Positions 62,754 through 64,000 of a DNA stretch of 64,000 nucleotides are shown one piece after another. The translations under genes were made by a program, and so were the position numbers. Positions within the stretch are counted from its first letter, which is position 1, and each line of letters begins with the position of its first letter. The stretch comes from Balanoglossus misakiensis (lineage: Eukaryota > Animalia > Hemichordata): the NCBI GenBank assembly GCA_040954595.2, contig CM082581.2, forward strand, positions 13,899,921 through 13,963,920, read 5' to 3'. Below the pieces are notes generated by a model, which was given only the letters and a program-made list of their open reading frames with translations, was not told where the DNA came from and made no database searches.

Positions 62754-64000
62754 GACTGAACTTTCCATTTAGTATGGCAAAGAGATTACAAAGTGAAACA
62801 CAACTAGAAAACTGGAAAAGGCTTTTATAAATAGAAGATGATGGGTCAAACAGAACTTAGGTGAAAATTAGAGTACATTTGGACAGATTATGATGTGTCA
62901 CTAAGCAACACTTGGACTGCATAATGTTGTATATTTTTTCACATCTATGAAGAAATCTGCATGTGTATGCCGTCAAGCTGTGAAAAAATGGAAGGAAATT
63001 TCAGTATGTTACAGATTGACCATTATACCTGTAATGCCCTCATCATCTCGGTTCCTTCAGGTCAGAAGATACTAGAAAGGTATCTCACTTTTGATTTGCG
63101 GGCACTAAGATTGCATCGCATGTAGCCCACTGATGATGAAAAAAGCCTGGGGGTGATCAATCTCATGACCTTTAACCTTATTCCAATATGGCGACCAAAA
63201 TGACTGCCATATTGTAATGTGTGTGTATTTTATTGCATAGAGAAAAATATCAGAAAACTTGCGACTGTGACTTGCAATGAAAATAATCCTGTTTGCATGT
63301 AATTTTTAATGCAGGCATCAGTGCTAATGTAGTTCATACAACTAACAAAATAATTTACAAGGACTTGAAAAGATGTGATGATTTGTACAATTTGCCTTGA
63401 GCTTTTGGTACGAAATGCAAGTGCAGAATATTTTCTGTATTTTTCTGAAATAATTTCCATAAACCTAGATTTACAAATAGACTATGCAGAGCTTTGTGCT
63501 GCTCATATATATATAGCGACAAATATTGTAATAATCGTGGAATTGTAAAAATTGCATGTTTCTATTTCTAACAAGGTAGAGTCTGTCAAAGAAGATTGTG
63601 TAGTACTAATTAAAATCAGGCAAGTTGAAAAATGTGGAAAACCTGCAGGAATATATTTTAGCTCCTTTTGTATTTTGTTTGGAAGTTTTTGATTCAATAG
63701 AAATACGAATTGTCTTCACTCTATGCTGAAAGTGGATAAAATTGCTTTTTTCTTTGCATCTCATTTGTGAACTTTTCAATGAAATGATAATCAACTAAAA
63801 TATTTAATAAATGATAAAAAGATTCTTGGGCATCAGATATATCTTCAGATAACTGATGCTGTATTTATGAGAATTGTAATAAGACTAATATATGTAGTTA
63901 ATTATAGTTAGAGCATTTAGAAATGTGTGTAAATGTATTGTTACCATACTGCAAGATTTCTGTGAATGAAATGTCCAAGAAAGAATGCTGTGTTTGTCGT

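Noticed and set aside
63184-63214. Hairpin CAATATGGC...GCCATATTG downstream of the MAVS-like stop
   Set aside because: Only a 9-bp stem, which could be chance or a repeat relic; no support for a structured RNA element.

Overview
Intron-containing eukaryotic DNA from an animal, most likely an invertebrate deuterostome (inferred from gene content, not provable here). Bases 1-6385 are an 87-bp satellite whose orientation flips four times. A gene-rich region follows: an O-fucosyltransferase-family gene (+), a 7-exon Cys-loop (nAChR alpha9/10-like) subunit lacking the vicinal cysteines (-), three intronless TMEM45 paralogues, an intronless casein kinase I alpha, a 12-exon MDA5/IFIH1-like RIG-I-like receptor (RLR) with four CARDs, ZCCHC4, and a MAVS-like gene (CARD, Pro/Gln-rich region, death domain, acidic region, tail anchor) whose CARD exons are missing from the ORF track. 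The main candidate system is a physically linked RNA-sensing module: a 4-CARD sensor and a CARD+death-domain adaptor about 12 kb apart. Each has an NF-kB-type site upstream, and TMEM45 copies lie between and beside them. All gene models were built by eye from GT-AG sites and reading-frame phase; no database searches were run.
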